IMG/VR virus record: IMGVR_UViG_3300037604_000092 | Span: 1 to 42,676 of that record | Origin: a virus | Taxonomy: Duplodnaviria; Caudoviricetes | DNA: 42,676 nucleotides | Direction: 5' to 3' (one strand) | Shown: piece by piece, positions 25,378 to 35,794 of the stretch | Layout: the number at the start of each line of letters is the position of its first letter | Position numbering within the stretch: position 1 is the stretch's first letter | Notes under the pieces: generated by a model | What the model was told of the DNA's origin: nothing | The model's input: only the letters and a program-made list of their open reading frames with translations | Database searches by the model: none | Position numbers and translations under genes: made by a program

Positions 25378-25746
25378 GTGCATAAAGACCTTAGGGCGCG
25401 CTTGCTGGGTGTTGCTGTACCTGTAGCCTGGAACGTTATTCCGCAAGGCCAAAGCTTGCCGGCCATCCGGCTGCAGCAGATTTCAGGTCAAATAGAGGAG
25501 CATTATGAGGGCCGATTTGAGGCACAAATGGCGCGAGTTCAAATGGATTGCGATGCAATAAGCTTTGCCGCCTCTGATACAATCGCTGCAGCGGCTCTGG
25601 CTTTGATTGATGAGCCTTTTGAGCAAGGCTCAACGATCTTTAACCGTATCTTCGTCGACAGTCGCCGCGACATGTACGAGGACCGTGACGCGGTGATCAT
25701 CCATCGCGTATCGATAGACCTCATGGTCTGGCACCGTCCAAAATAG
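25378..25746 (+). CDS. Tail terminator/completion protein (DUF3168-like)
   Basis: PQGQSLPAIRLQQIS...RVQMDC...HRVSIDLMVW. Confidence 0.8.
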   Translation: MHKDLRARLLGVAVPVAWNVIPQGQSLPAIRLQQISGQIEEHYEGRFEAQMARVQMDCDAISFAASDTIAAAALALIDEPFEQGSTIFNRIFVDSRRDMYEDRDAVIIHRVSIDLMVWHRPK

Positions 25747-26228
25747 TGCCAAAAGTTGATATTCAGGTTGAAGGCCTAAAGGAGCTAGAAGACGCCCTAA
25801 GAGGCATCGATAGAGAAACAACGCGGCGCAGTCTTGTGCGCCGCGTGTTGAAAAAAGCGCTGGAGCCAATGGCCGAAACGGCCGTGAGGTTGGCGCCTGA
25901 TGATACGCGGACGACGGAACCCGACCTTCGTACATCAATCAAGATTTCGAGGTTTCAAAGAACCGGGCGAGCGTCTCAAGCGCGCCAGGAGGCCGAAGAC
26001 TGGGTTGATATGTACATGGGCCCCACAAAAGAGGGCTACCCTCAAGCTGTTATGCAGGAGTTTGGCGCAAAGCAGCACCCTGCTCAGCCCTATATGCGAC
26101 CCGCGTGGGATCGCCACAAGGTCAGCACCGTGGCGCTCGTGAAAGTGCAGTTGGCTGACAAACTTAAAAAAGCAGCAAAGCGTCAAGCGCGAATGCGCGC
26201 GCGCCGCAAAAGACGCTGGCGCTTCTAA
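25746..26228 (+). CDS. HK97 gp10-like neck protein
   Basis: VEGLKELE...QEFGAKQHPAQPYMRPAWD. Confidence 0.9.
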   Translation: MPKVDIQVEGLKELEDALRGIDRETTRRSLVRRVLKKALEPMAETAVRLAPDDTRTTEPDLRTSIKISRFQRTGRASQARQEAEDWVDMYMGPTKEGYPQAVMQEFGAKQHPAQPYMRPAWDRHKVSTVALVKVQLADKLKKAAKRQARMRARRKRRWRF

Positions 26229-26269
26229 CAACTCATTACATCAACGACTAAGAACAAGGAGATTTAGTC

Positions 26270-26701
26270 ATGCCTGCAGCACTGGGTGACATTGGCTACG
26301 GAACGACTGTAGAGATCGATTCTGATAACACGGGGACAGCCTACACAAAGCTTGCAGAGTGCTTTGTCACAGGACTGCCAAACCCTCAATTTGATGATGT
26401 TGAGCTTTCACACTATGAAAGCCCCGATCGCACCAGAGAATATGGTGCTGGACTAAATGATAGCGGTGAAATTACTGTTGAGATGAACTGGGTGCCAGGG
26501 TCTGCAACAGATGCTTTCATCGTTGCGGCGCTGGGTCAGAAACGCTCTGTGCGCATCACCGTTCCCTCTGCAACAAACCAAACCTATACGTTTCCAGCTG
26601 TCTTGAAGGGCTATGAACGAAACGTTCCTGTTGATGATCGGAAAACAGCAACACTGACGCTACGCGTGGCTGGTGCCGTTGTTCAAGCGAATGCTGTCTA
26701 A
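26270..26701 (+). CDS. Major tail tube protein
   Basis: VELSHYESP...EYGAGLNDSGEITVEMNW...TLTLRVAG. Confidence 0.9.
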   Translation: MPAALGDIGYGTTVEIDSDNTGTAYTKLAECFVTGLPNPQFDDVELSHYESPDRTREYGAGLNDSGEITVEMNWVPGSATDAFIVAALGQKRSVRITVPSATNQTYTFPAVLKGYERNVPVDDRKTATLTLRVAGAVVQANAV

Positions 26702-27012
26702 TGCAAGGCGTCAGTTTCAGCGTCGCCGGGCGCAAGCATAAGTTCGTTTTCACCACCAATGCCTTGTGTGCGTTTGAAGATGTTAGCGGCATGAGCATCG
26801 CAGGCATCGTCGATCCATCAAGGGCGGGCGTTAAACTAATGCGTCAGCTCGTTTGGGCCGGTCTAATTCACGAAGATATCTCTATGGATGAGGCTGGTGA
26901 TCTTATCGATGCCGTAGGGATGGTAAAAATCTCAGAGCTGGTAGGCAAGGCCATGGAAAAGGCGTTTCCAGAAGCTGAGGGAAAGCCACAGGCCAGCCAA
27001 GAAGCTGGCTAG
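26701..27012 (+). CDS. Tail assembly chaperone (gpG-like)
   Basis: Between tail tube and tape measure; slippery GGGAAAG near the 3' end. Confidence 0.85.
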   Translation: MQGVSFSVAGRKHKFVFTTNALCAFEDVSGMSIAGIVDPSRAGVKLMRQLVWAGLIHEDISMDEAGDLIDAVGMVKISELVGKAMEKAFPEAEGKPQASQEAG

Positions 27013-27293
27013 ATATCTATGAGGACTGGGTGGCCTGTGGGTTTGCGCCTGCGAGCTATTGGGATCAAACGCCCCGCCTCGTTTATCACGCCCTGAATGG
27101 TTTTGTCCGCCGCTTAGAGCGCGAGAATGAAAATAGTGTTACGCTCGTTCATCTCGCCGAGCAGCTGCGCCGGGCAAAGAAAATACCAAAACTCAACAAG
27201 TTAATCCCGAAACGGCGAAACACCGAGCCCATGCGTGATGAAGACATTGCGCACGCCCTGTCTCAATGGGCCGCGGTAACCAACAGGAAATAG
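26979..27293 (+). CDS. Tail assembly chaperone gpT portion, expressed by -1 frameshift
   Basis: G GGA AAG at 26979-26985; the -1 frame is open (GKATGQPRSWLDIYEDW...PASYWDQTPR) to 27293. Confidence 0.85.
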   Translation, partial: GKATGQPRSWLDIYEDWVACGFAPASYWDQTPRLVYHALNGFVRRLERENENSVTLVHLAEQLRRAKKIPKLNKLIPKRRNTEPMRDEDIAHALSQWAAVTNRK

Positions 27294-27296
27294 CGT

Positions 27297-29546
27297 ATGT
27301 CGGCTAGCTCAGCGATCGGACAAATTCGTGTCAATTTGGCCATGAGCACTGCCGCGTTTAGCGAAGGTATTCGCAACGTGCAGAGTCAGCTCACCAGAAT
27401 GAGCAAAACGGTAGATAAAACAGCTAAAAAAATGCGCCGTGCGGGCCGCGCAATGACGCTGAACCTGACAGCGCCCCTTGCGGCCATCAGCGCGCTCTCC
27501 GTCACCGCCGCTGGAGATTTTGAGGCGGCGATGAACCGTGTTGCAGCGGTTTCTGGCGCCACGGGTGAACAGCTAAAGGCGTTGACGCAGCTGGCAAAGG
27601 ATATGGGCCGCGAAACGCAGTTCTCAGCAAGCCAGGCGGCCGCTGCGATGGGATTTCTTGCCCAGGCTGGTTTTAAGACCAATGAAATTATAGGGGCCCT
27701 GCCAGGCACGCTGCAGCTGGCCGCCTCCGCGCAGATTGAACTGGGCGAAGCAGCTGACATCGTCTCCAACATCCTGTCGGGCTACGGCCTGGAGGTTGAG
27801 CAGCTGTCGCGCGTCAATGATGTGCTTGTGAAAACCTTCACGTCTTCCAACACCAATCTGCAGCAGCTCGGCGAAGCCATGACCTATGTAGGCCCCGTTG
27901 CCGCTGCCGCCGGTGTGCAGTTTGAAGAAACGGCCGCTGCCGTCGGCCTGCTCGGCAATGCCGGGATTCAGGCCAGCATGGCCGGCACAACGTTGCGCGG
28001 CTCAATTTCTCGCATGCTCAACCCCTCCTCCGAGGCCAAAAAGATCATGAGCCAGTTAGGCCTGGCCTTTACCGACGCTCATGGCCGCCTCCTCCCCCTC
28101 AACCAAGTGATTGAACAGCTCGCGCCCCATGCGGACAACGCGGGTGTGTTCCTGGAACTGTTCGGCGATCGCGCTGGGCCAGGCATGGCAGCGCTGGTCA
28201 GTCAGGGCGCAGGCGCGCTGCGCCAGCTCACCCTGGAGCTCGAAAACGCTGGCGGTACCGCGCAAAAGATTGCCGAGGCCCAGATGAAGGGCTTTAACGG
28301 CATGATCAAGCGCCTGGTATCGGTGTTTGAGGCGCTGCAGATCGCGGTTGCAGGGTCCGGTGTGTTGGAATTCTTCACCAAGATGGGCAGCGGCCTGGCG
28401 GACCTTGTGCAAAAGTTGGCGCAGGTAGACCCTGCTATTCTTCGCGTCGTGACCGTCATTGCTGCGCTGGCCGCCGGAATCGGCCCGGTCATATTGGTGC
28501 TGTCGGGCATGGCTGCAGCGATAACACTTCTTCTATCCCCGATCGGCTTGACGGTCGCCGCCATAGCCGCGTTGGTGGCGGCCGCGACCTCGATATACAT
28601 ATTCCGAGACACGATCATGGATGCCCTGAAGTCCGTTGGGCGCATCTTAATTGATGTCTTGGTGGCGCCAATCCGCCTGACCATCAAAGCTCTGTTAAAC
28701 CAAATTCAAGGCGCCATTGACTTTGCGAAGAAGGTGGCATCGGCGCTTGGCCTGGAGGGGCTGAAGCAGAAAATGGAGGGCCTTTCCGGCACGCTGGAGG
28801 CCTTTGCAAACAGGGAGATTGTTCGGTTCGGCGACACGGCAGAAAAGTTTGCTGATGCCGCTGAGGGAATGAAGGAGAAGGTCAAGGAGACCGTTCAGGG
28901 GCTCAAAGACAGTCTCTCAACGCCCATTGCCCTGCCGCCCATCACGCAAACAGCGATGCAGGTGCAGATCCCAGATATCAAGGTTGAGGCGAATACCTAT
29001 GGGCCGCTGCTGACCGCCACGGAGCGCGCGACAGAGACCATGCGCGACCGGTTTGAAGATCTCGGCCGCTCGATCGGCGACAGTGTCGGCGCTGGTGTGG
29101 CGCGCGGGGAGGGGTTCTTTGCGTCGCTCAAATCGACTGTATCGAACACCATCCAGTCGATGATCCAAAGCGTCATCTCCTCTGGCATTCAAAAAATCTT
29201 CAGCAGCGTCTTTGGCATGTTTTTTGGCGGCGGCGGTGCTGGGTTTGGGGCCATCAGCTCCGTTTTCGGCGGCTTCTTTGCGAAAGGCGGTATGCCGCCG
29301 TCTAACCGGATCAGTGTTGTTGGCGAGGACAGGCCAGAGCTATTTGTTCCTCCAGGGATGGGCGGGCGTATTATTCCAGGCGATCAACTTGGGCCTAGCG
29401 GCGGTGTCACGGTCAACATCGATGCGCGCGGCGCGCAGGATGGGCTGCTGGAGCGTTTGCGCCAGGTCATGCAGACGGAGGTTGCCGCCATTACCCGCGG
29501 CACCGTCGATATGCGCCTGGCGAGCCTGTCAAAGGCTGCCGGATGA
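27297..29546 (+). CDS. Tail tape measure protein (TP901-family core)
   Basis: FEAAMNRVAAVSGATGEQL...TQFSASQAA...GIQASMAGT; C-terminal FAKGG...VGEDRPELFVP. Confidence 0.95.
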   Translation: MSASSAIGQIRVNLAMSTAAFSEGIRNVQSQLTRMSKTVDKTAKKMRRAGRAMTLNLTAPLAAISALSVTAAGDFEAAMNRVAAVSGATGEQLKALTQLAKDMGRETQFSASQAAAAMGFLAQAGFKTNEIIGALPGTLQLAASAQIELGEAADIVSNILSGYGLEVEQLSRVNDVLVKTFTSSNTNLQQLGEAMTYVGPVAAAAGVQFEETAAAVGLLGNAGIQASMAGTTLRGSISRMLNPSSEAKKIMSQLGLAFTDAHGRLLPLNQVIEQLAPHADNAGVFLELFGDRAGPGMAALVSQGAGALRQLTLELENAGGTAQKIAEAQMKGFNGMIKRLVSVFEALQIAVAGSGVLEFFTKMGSGLADLVQKLAQVDPAILRVVTVIAALAAGIGPVILVLSGMAAAITLLLSPIGLTVAAIAALVAAATSIYIFRDTIMDALKSVGRILIDVLVAPIRLTIKALLNQIQGAIDFAKKVASALGLEGLKQKMEGLSGTLEAFANREIVRFGDTAEKFADAAEGMKEKVKETVQGLKDSLSTPIALPPITQTAMQVQIPDIKVEANTYGPLLTATERATETMRDRFEDLGRSIGDSVGAGVARGEGFFASLKSTVSNTIQSMIQSVISSGIQKIFSSVFGMFFGGGGAGFGAISSVFGGFFAKGGMPPSNRISVVGEDRPELFVPPGMGGRIIPGDQLGPSGGVTVNIDARGAQDGLLERLRQVMQTEVAAITRGTVDMRLASLSKAAG

Positions 29547-30109
29547 TCCAGTTTCCGTCCGCCAATATTCGCTCCGCGCCGCCGCGTCTGGAGCGTTTTC
29601 AAACCAGTGGCTTCTCTCCAATCAACGGCGCTGGTGACGTTCAGGATTATGGCGGCAAGTGGCGCTTTACCATCACCTTTGTGCCGCTCACCCGCGCTGA
29701 TGCGCTGGAGGTAGAGAGCTTCATTAATTCGCCTGAGACCTTTCTCTATTCGCCGCGCGGCTATGATTTTCCATCATTTGTGGGCACCGCCCGGATTGTT
29801 GGCTCGGATCAGTTTGGCGGGTCGGTGAACAGCGATGGGTGGGAACCCGGCGAGCTGATTTTAAAGAAAGGCCAATGGCTGAAGATCGGAGACCAGCTCA
29901 ACCGTGTCAGTGCGGATATCGTGTCTGATAGTTCCGGCGTTGCCGCGTTGCCGCTGGATGTGCCGCAACGGGCGGCACCTGCAGACAATACCGTCATCAA
30001 TTACACCAATCCGTCCGGTGTGTTCCGCATCGACGGCACCGAGCGCGGCTTTGCCAAGTCCATCCTGTTTTCAGACATCACCATCGATATCGTGGAGGCC
30101 TATAATTGA
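29543..30109 (+). CDS. Distal tail protein-like
   Basis: ATGA-coupled after the tape measure; size and position. Confidence 0.7.
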   Translation: MIQFPSANIRSAPPRLERFQTSGFSPINGAGDVQDYGGKWRFTITFVPLTRADALEVESFINSPETFLYSPRGYDFPSFVGTARIVGSDQFGGSVNSDGWEPGELILKKGQWLKIGDQLNRVSADIVSDSSGVAALPLDVPQRAAPADNTVINYTNPSGVFRIDGTERGFAKSILFSDITIDIVEAYN

Positions 30110-30747
30110 GCCTATCGCTTCCCGTCGCCATGACGGCTCGATCGCAGGAAATTGTGCAGCGGCCTGTCATCGCCATTTATCTGGACGTTGAAGACGACCC
30201 GATATCCGCATGGACCGGGCCAGGCACCTTTGCGCCTGCTGATACGACGGATGCGGCGCTGAACGGCAAAGTCTTTGATAGCCTTGGCAGCGCGCCGGTG
30301 TTGTCGCTGGGCCCGGTCTCACAGAGCGCCGAAGGCGTGTCCGATTGTATTATTGAATTTGCAAGCGCTGGGCTCAACAGCGAGGGCACGCTGCAGTTTT
30401 TGCGTGATCGCCGCCGCTTTCAAGGCCGCAAGGCCTATGTGTGGTGGGGGTATTTGGACAGCGATTATAAAAACGCGTCCGTCAGCCGCTATGCCACCGG
30501 CGTCATGAAGCAACTGACCATCACGCCCAGCGCCGAGGACGCGCAGATCCAGCTGACGATCGGGCGTGATATACGGCTATTAAATGCCGTTCCGCGCTAC
30601 CTGGTTCGCCATTCAGAAATTCACCCAGGCGACACGGCCGTCGACAATCTGATCGCCGCCTCCAACGGCCGTAGCGGCCCGTCTGAGCCGCAAACCCCTC
30701 AGCAAAAAATATCCCTGCCCCCCTGGGTCGGAGGGATTGGGTTTTGA
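30106..30747 (+). CDS. Minor tail / hub-like protein
   Basis: AWTGPGT...HPGD motifs; position. Confidence 0.7.
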   Translation: MSLSLPVAMTARSQEIVQRPVIAIYLDVEDDPISAWTGPGTFAPADTTDAALNGKVFDSLGSAPVLSLGPVSQSAEGVSDCIIEFASAGLNSEGTLQFLRDRRRFQGRKAYVWWGYLDSDYKNASVSRYATGVMKQLTITPSAEDAQIQLTIGRDIRLLNAVPRYLVRHSEIHPGDTAVDNLIAASNGRSGPSEPQTPQQKISLPPWVGGIGF

Positions 30748-31148
30748 TCCGCCGGCCAGATTGGGAAAATCGCTTGAGCAAATACATGCTTGAGGCCCAG
30801 GAGAAGCGCTGGGGCACCTTCGATTGTGCGCGCTTTGTCGCTGGCGCGGTCGAAGCGATGACAGGCACAAACCCCCATGAAATAGAGTACGTAGATCCGC
30901 TCACCGCCGCCCAAGCCCTGCGCGACTATGGCTCAGGCACGCTCTACAATTACATGCGCCGGCACTTTAACAATCCCGTGCATCCCTCGCGGGCACAGCG
31001 CGGCGACGTTCTCGAGTACGGCGATAAGTCAGGCACCTGCTTTGGCATTCTGTTTGCGCGCAGCGGTTGGTTTCTTGGTGAAACCGGGTTTGTGACGATG
31101 TCGCAATTCGATTGTAAGCGCGCCTGGAAGGTGCCGTTCGATGGGTAA
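30744..31148 (+). CDS. NlpC/P60-like tail assembly protein (DUF6950-like)
   Basis: RRPDWENRL...WGTFDCARFVAGAVEAMTG...AQRGD. Confidence 0.85.
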   Translation: MIRRPDWENRLSKYMLEAQEKRWGTFDCARFVAGAVEAMTGTNPHEIEYVDPLTAAQALRDYGSGTLYNYMRRHFNNPVHPSRAQRGDVLEYGDKSGTCFGILFARSGWFLGETGFVTMSQFDCKRAWKVPFDG

Positions 31149-34100
31149 GCTCTTTAAGCCGATCTTAAAGGCCGGGACGATCATCGCCGGCATCGCGGTC
31201 AATGTCATACCCGGTCTAGGGCAGATCGCGTCGACCGCTATTTTAGGCACCACCATCGGCACGTTGGCGAGCGTTGCGGGGCTTGCCACGGGCCTGGGTG
31301 TTGTCGGCAGTCTGCTGGAGGGCAACAAGCCGGACCTGGCCCAGACTGCGCAGGATCTAACAACCGGCCTCACCATCAGTGCCGAAGCCAAAGAAATCTT
31401 TGCCTTTGGTGAAACGTTCTACGCGATGCAGGGCGTTTATGTGGAGCAATTCGGGTCTGAAGATCAGTCCGTGCTCTACATCGCGCATCACGCATCACAC
31501 CGCGTGGAATCAATCGACGAGTATTATCACAATGACACTCTCGTCACCGAAACCAACGGTGACGGGACAGGTGATTTCGGCGATGGCGCGCTGTTCATTC
31601 GCGAAAATCTGGGCACATCTGTTCAGCCTCCCCTCAATTTCCCTGAGACCAGCTGGGATGGCGCCTTCCTAGGCTGCGCGCACAGCGGATGGCAATTCAC
31701 GCCCAGTCAAGAAAACCCAGACATTCTCACGTCGCAGATCCGCGCCTGGGGAAAAGCCGCTCGTGTCTACGATCCTCGCCGGGACAGCACCGTCGGCGGC
31801 GCTGGCAATCACCGCACTGATACCCAGGTCAATTGGCAGTATGACGACGCTGGAACGCCGCTGGGCTCAAACCTCGCGCTGGTGGTGCTGCGCATCATCT
31901 TAGGTGAGTTCCAGGGCAACGGTGAGTTTCAAAACGGGACGCTGCGCTGGGGCATCGGCGAAGACCCGGCCAATATCAACATGGCCGACTTCATCATCGC
32001 CGCCAACATCGCCGACGAGCTGACCAATGGCAAGCGCCGCTACCACATCTCCGGTGTGCTGGACATGTCCGGCAACCCCTATGACAAAATTCGCACCATC
32101 ATGGCTCATTGCGGCGGCTGGTGCGGGCGCGGGCTAGACGGCCGCTGGACCATTCGTATTCCTGTCGATGACTTGTCGGTGCCCGATTGGATCATCACCG
32201 CCAGTGACCTGCGCGGCGTGCCGGACATAAAGTACGGCGACTATGACAAGGTCTTCAATCAGATCATCGGTCGCTGCGCGCCTAAAGACGCGCTTGGCAA
32301 ACTCGCGCCCTGGCCAGTGGTCGCGGATCCTGCGTTGCAGGCCGAAGCCGGGGCGACGCTACAAACCGCAATCGATTATCCGTTCTATACCGATCAGGAG
32401 CGCGCCCAATATGCCGCCAGGCAGTACCTGCGGCGCTCCAATTACAACCGTGTGTTTGAGTGCCCGGTCTCCTGGGCCTATTACGGTATGGAGCGCTTTG
32501 ACACGGTGCGCCTGGATCTGCCTGAATATGGCTATGCCGGCGAGGTGATGCGCTGCGACGTGTTTGCCAAAACCCCGGCGGCCTACCCATCGCTGGCGCT
32601 GGTTGAAGAAAATGCGTCAATATATGATGAAACGCAGGCCGTCTCGCCCAATCGATCGATTGGGCAAGTGCTTGGCTTTGATCCCAGCACCCAGGTGGCG
32701 GTAAATGGTTTAGCGCTTAATGCCGTCACCGTTGCCGGGGATGAAGGACAAAAGCAGAACGCCATAGAAGTGTCGTGGACGCTGCCCAGTTCCCGCGTGA
32801 AGGCGACGGAGATACGCTATCGCCGCGTTGTCGATACAGAGTACCAGCATGGGCCCACGCTGGCACGCGGCGGCACCCTCACAATCCTGCCTGGCTTTCC
32901 CCCGCGCACACAGATCCGTGTCGAAACGCGGCACATCAGCTCGTTTGAGGTTCCTGGCCCTTGGTCAAGCCAAGTCATAACAACAGGCGATGTCTTACTC
33001 AGGCCTCTGTCTGCTGGGCCAGAAAACTTTGCGCCCGGCGCGATCGGCGGGCAGGGCAATCTGCGCTTTACGACAGATGCGGCTCTGAGCGGCGCTATCC
33101 CATTTGGGGAATTCCGCCACTTAGATGGCAACACCTACACCATCGCAACAGATCTGCGCGTCACCCTGCCGGCTGGCGCAGACGGCGTTTATTACATCAT
33201 GTTCTCGGCCCAAAACGTGCAAGACGAAACACCGTCCGGGCGGTTCCAGGCGCTGGGCGCGCGCGGCGATCATCAAAACTTTATTCTTTTTCGCGAGGTC
33301 GGCGACACCATTCAGGCTGTCGATCAAGAAGGTGGAACGCTGGACTTCACCGTGCTCGCGACAGATGCGGCTGTCTTCGGGCTTCATGTCTCAGGCGGTG
33401 AGATTGTTGAGACCCATAGCTTCATGGCTCTGCTTGGCAATGATGGTGAAGACGGCGTGCTTGCCTATGTCGCCGCCTTGAGCAATGAGGCACATACCGT
33501 GGCCACGGCCGCCGATGGCAGCGGCGGCGATTATACAGATGCGGGCGGCACCTTCCGTGTCTTTGCCGGCACAACAGATGTGACGGACAGCGCCACGCTA
33601 TCGATCGAAAGTAAAACCCCGTCGCTGGCCTTGACCCTGGACACATCCGGCGCCAACAAAGGCAACTATGATGTGACGGACCTGGGCGACGATCAAGGGT
33701 TCGCCGTGCTGCGCGCGGTTTATAACGGCGTTACGATCGACCAGAAATACACCATTGCGAAAAGCCGCGCTGGCGCCAATGGGTCGGGCGCTAATGCGGA
33801 GCTGGTTTCGCTTAACTCAACCGCAACAGCCTTTACCTTTGACGGCACAGGCTCGCCGCAACCGTCGTCGCAAAGCATTGATTTCACGGCTACATCTCAA
33901 AATCTTAGCACGTCCGTGGTGTGGAGTGTGACAGGCGGCGTTTCCTTAACCGGTACGGGCAACGCCCGCACACTGGATATCGCAGACTTTGGCGCCCTGC
34001 AGTCTGTCAGCGTCACGGTCACAGCCGGCAGCTTATCAGACACCATCACGGTTGTTCGTCTGCAGGACGGCGCTCAAGGTGATAAGGGCGACCAAGGAGA

Positions 34101-35790
34101 TCAGGGCGACAAGGGCGATAAAGGAGATGACGGTGCGGGCTTGCTTGAATTGTTTGATGACGCCTTTGACGCCTATGCGGATCAGGCCGCCGTCTTAGAG
34201 GCCTACCATTCGCGCTCTGGCAATGGCGAGATCAGCGTTGTCACCAACACGGGGCCTGAGGCTTTTGGCGGCAAATCAATCCAAATTGGCAACGCGTCTG
34301 GAAACGATCAGCGCTGGCTGGTCAGCAAAAAGCTGATCCCATTTGATCCGAACCAACTGTATATGGTTGAGGCCATTGTGGAGCGGGTGTCTGGCTCTGG
34401 TTCGGTCTTTATTGGTATTGAGGGCCTGGCCGCAGATGGCGTTACGCGTGTCGATACCAATGGCAACAACACGTTATTCTCTCAGCATTATTTTGGTGCT
34501 TCGGGGGCAACGCCGGCGCTTGGCGAGGTTGTCACATATCGCGGATTTTTCCGTGGCGTAGCGGCAAGCGGCAATGGCGGGCACCACCCCAACGACGCCA
34601 ACCCCGGCACTGTGCATGAGAGTTCGCATTATGTGTCTGCCATGATGGGCATCAACTACAACGCCGTATCGGGCGAGACCAGGGTGCACCGCCTGCGGGT
34701 TGTGCCGTTTGATCGTGCGCGCGGCACGGAGTTTCCGCCAAACCCTAAGGCCGCCGATGGCTTTTACCGCACGGATTTAAAGAGAGCGTTCCTTTTTGAT
34801 GGAGCAAACTGGATCGCCGAGCTGGGCAAATATGCGCAGAAAGATATTCAAGACGGCATCTGGCTGGAGAATGGCGCGTTTGAAGATCTGGACCCAGACG
34901 GCAAGCCGATTGGGTGGGATATCAACAGCGTTCTTGGTGATGATCCAACTGCCGCCGAATTTGCGGTGATTGAGGCAGATAGCGAGTCGACACGCGGCGG
35001 GAATGTTCTGAAAATCAGAAAATCCTCGGTTTTCTATCCCGCTTTTAATGGCACCAATATCATCAGTCCCAAAGGTGTGATTCAACCAGGCATTAACTTG
35101 CTCTTTGAGTACCGCTACAAATCTCTCGATGGCAACTTTGCGCCAGGTTTTTCCTTAAAAGTATACAGCGCTGATGACACGCTGCTTACCACCTTGGCGG
35201 GCCATTATGGCACCAACATCGTTGATCCATCTGATGGCTGGGTGGTGGGCCGCTCGATCCAAGTGATTGAGGAAAGCTATGTCGTTGCAAGCACAACCTA
35301 TTACCCCTCCAGGATAGATGTTGAAATCTTTGCCACTGGCGATTCCACGCCTGGCACGCACGCGCATGGCGCAATTGATTTCATCACGATCAACCCGGTG
35401 CAGAGCGGTCCGGCAAGCTTTTCCACCAAATTTGATGCTGCTGCTGCGCGGGACCAAGAGTATTTGGACAGCGACTTGGTCGCGCTGAACGACACCGGGC
35501 TATACATCGTTGATAAGGACGGCAGCGACACCGCCGCAGAGGGCGACCGGGTGCTGGCCCTTGATGACGGCAGCAACACGCGCCTTGTTCAGCGCTCCGT
35601 CCATGTGCTTGAGGCGGTCAGCATTGCCAACATGCGCACCTTCAAAAAGAAACACTTGATAGACGGCATCCTGTGCATCGTTCACGGCAGCGGGATATGG
35701 AAGTGGAATTCTGCTGCCACTGGCTCTGACAACGCGACACGGCAGGCAAGCGATGAAGGCGGCTTTGGCCGCTGGGGCTTGGTGGTCTAG
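31141..35790 (+). CDS. Tail tip / central fibre host-specificity protein (J-like)
   Basis: VYDPRRDST, NLALV, FN3-like VSW...IRYR segment, Ig-like Thr/Ser-rich domains, short collagen-like repeat, C-terminal carbohydrate-binding-like domains. Confidence 0.9.
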   Translation: MGKLFKPILKAGTIIAGIAVNVIPGLGQIASTAILGTTIGTLASVAGLATGLGVVGSLLEGNKPDLAQTAQDLTTGLTISAEAKEIFAFGETFYAMQGVYVEQFGSEDQSVLYIAHHASHRVESIDEYYHNDTLVTETNGDGTGDFGDGALFIRENLGTSVQPPLNFPETSWDGAFLGCAHSGWQFTPSQENPDILTSQIRAWGKAARVYDPRRDSTVGGAGNHRTDTQVNWQYDDAGTPLGSNLALVVLRIILGEFQGNGEFQNGTLRWGIGEDPANINMADFIIAANIADELTNGKRRYHISGVLDMSGNPYDKIRTIMAHCGGWCGRGLDGRWTIRIPVDDLSVPDWIITASDLRGVPDIKYGDYDKVFNQIIGRCAPKDALGKLAPWPVVADPALQAEAGATLQTAIDYPFYTDQERAQYAARQYLRRSNYNRVFECPVSWAYYGMERFDTVRLDLPEYGYAGEVMRCDVFAKTPAAYPSLALVEENASIYDETQAVSPNRSIGQVLGFDPSTQVAVNGLALNAVTVAGDEGQKQNAIEVSWTLPSSRVKATEIRYRRVVDTEYQHGPTLARGGTLTILPGFPPRTQIRVETRHISSFEVPGPWSSQVITTGDVLLRPLSAGPENFAPGAIGGQGNLRFTTDAALSGAIPFGEFRHLDGNTYTIATDLRVTLPAGADGVYYIMFSAQNVQDETPSGRFQALGARGDHQNFILFREVGDTIQAVDQEGGTLDFTVLATDAAVFGLHVSGGEIVETHSFMALLGNDGEDGVLAYVAALSNEAHTVATAADGSGGDYTDAGGTFRVFAGTTDVTDSATLSIESKTPSLALTLDTSGANKGNYDVTDLGDDQGFAVLRAVYNGVTIDQKYTIAKSRAGANGSGANAELVSLNSTATAFTFDGTGSPQPSSQSIDFTATSQNLSTSVVWSVTGGVSLTGTGNARTLDIADFGALQSVSVTVTAGSLSDTITVVRLQDGAQGDKGDQGDQGDKGDKGDDGAGLLELFDDAFDAYADQAAVLEAYHSRSGNGEISVVTNTGPEAFGGKSIQIGNASGNDQRWLVSKKLIPFDPNQLYMVEAIVERVSGSGSVFIGIEGLAADGVTRVDTNGNNTLFSQHYFGASGATPALGEVVTYRGFFRGVAASGNGGHHPNDANPGTVHESSHYVSAMMGINYNAVSGETRVHRLRVVPFDRARGTEFPPNPKAADGFYRTDLKRAFLFDGANWIAELGKYAQKDIQDGIWLENGAFEDLDPDGKPIGWDINSVLGDDPTAAEFAVIEADSESTRGGNVLKIRKSSVFYPAFNGTNIISPKGVIQPGINLLFEYRYKSLDGNFAPGFSLKVYSADDTLLTTLAGHYGTNIVDPSDGWVVGRSIQVIEESYVVASTTYYPSRIDVEIFATGDSTPGTHAHGAIDFITINPVQSGPASFSTKFDAAAARDQEYLDSDLVALNDTGLYIVDKDGSDTAAEGDRVLALDDGSNTRLVQRSVHVLEAVSIANMRTFKKKHLIDGILCIVHGSGIWKWNSAATGSDNATRQASDEGGFGRWGLVV
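34078..34135 (+). repeat. Short collagen-like Gly-Asp-X repeat
   Basis: Encodes GDKGDQGDQGDKGDKGDDG (9-bp period). Confidence 0.8.
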
Positions 35791-35794
35791 CGCC

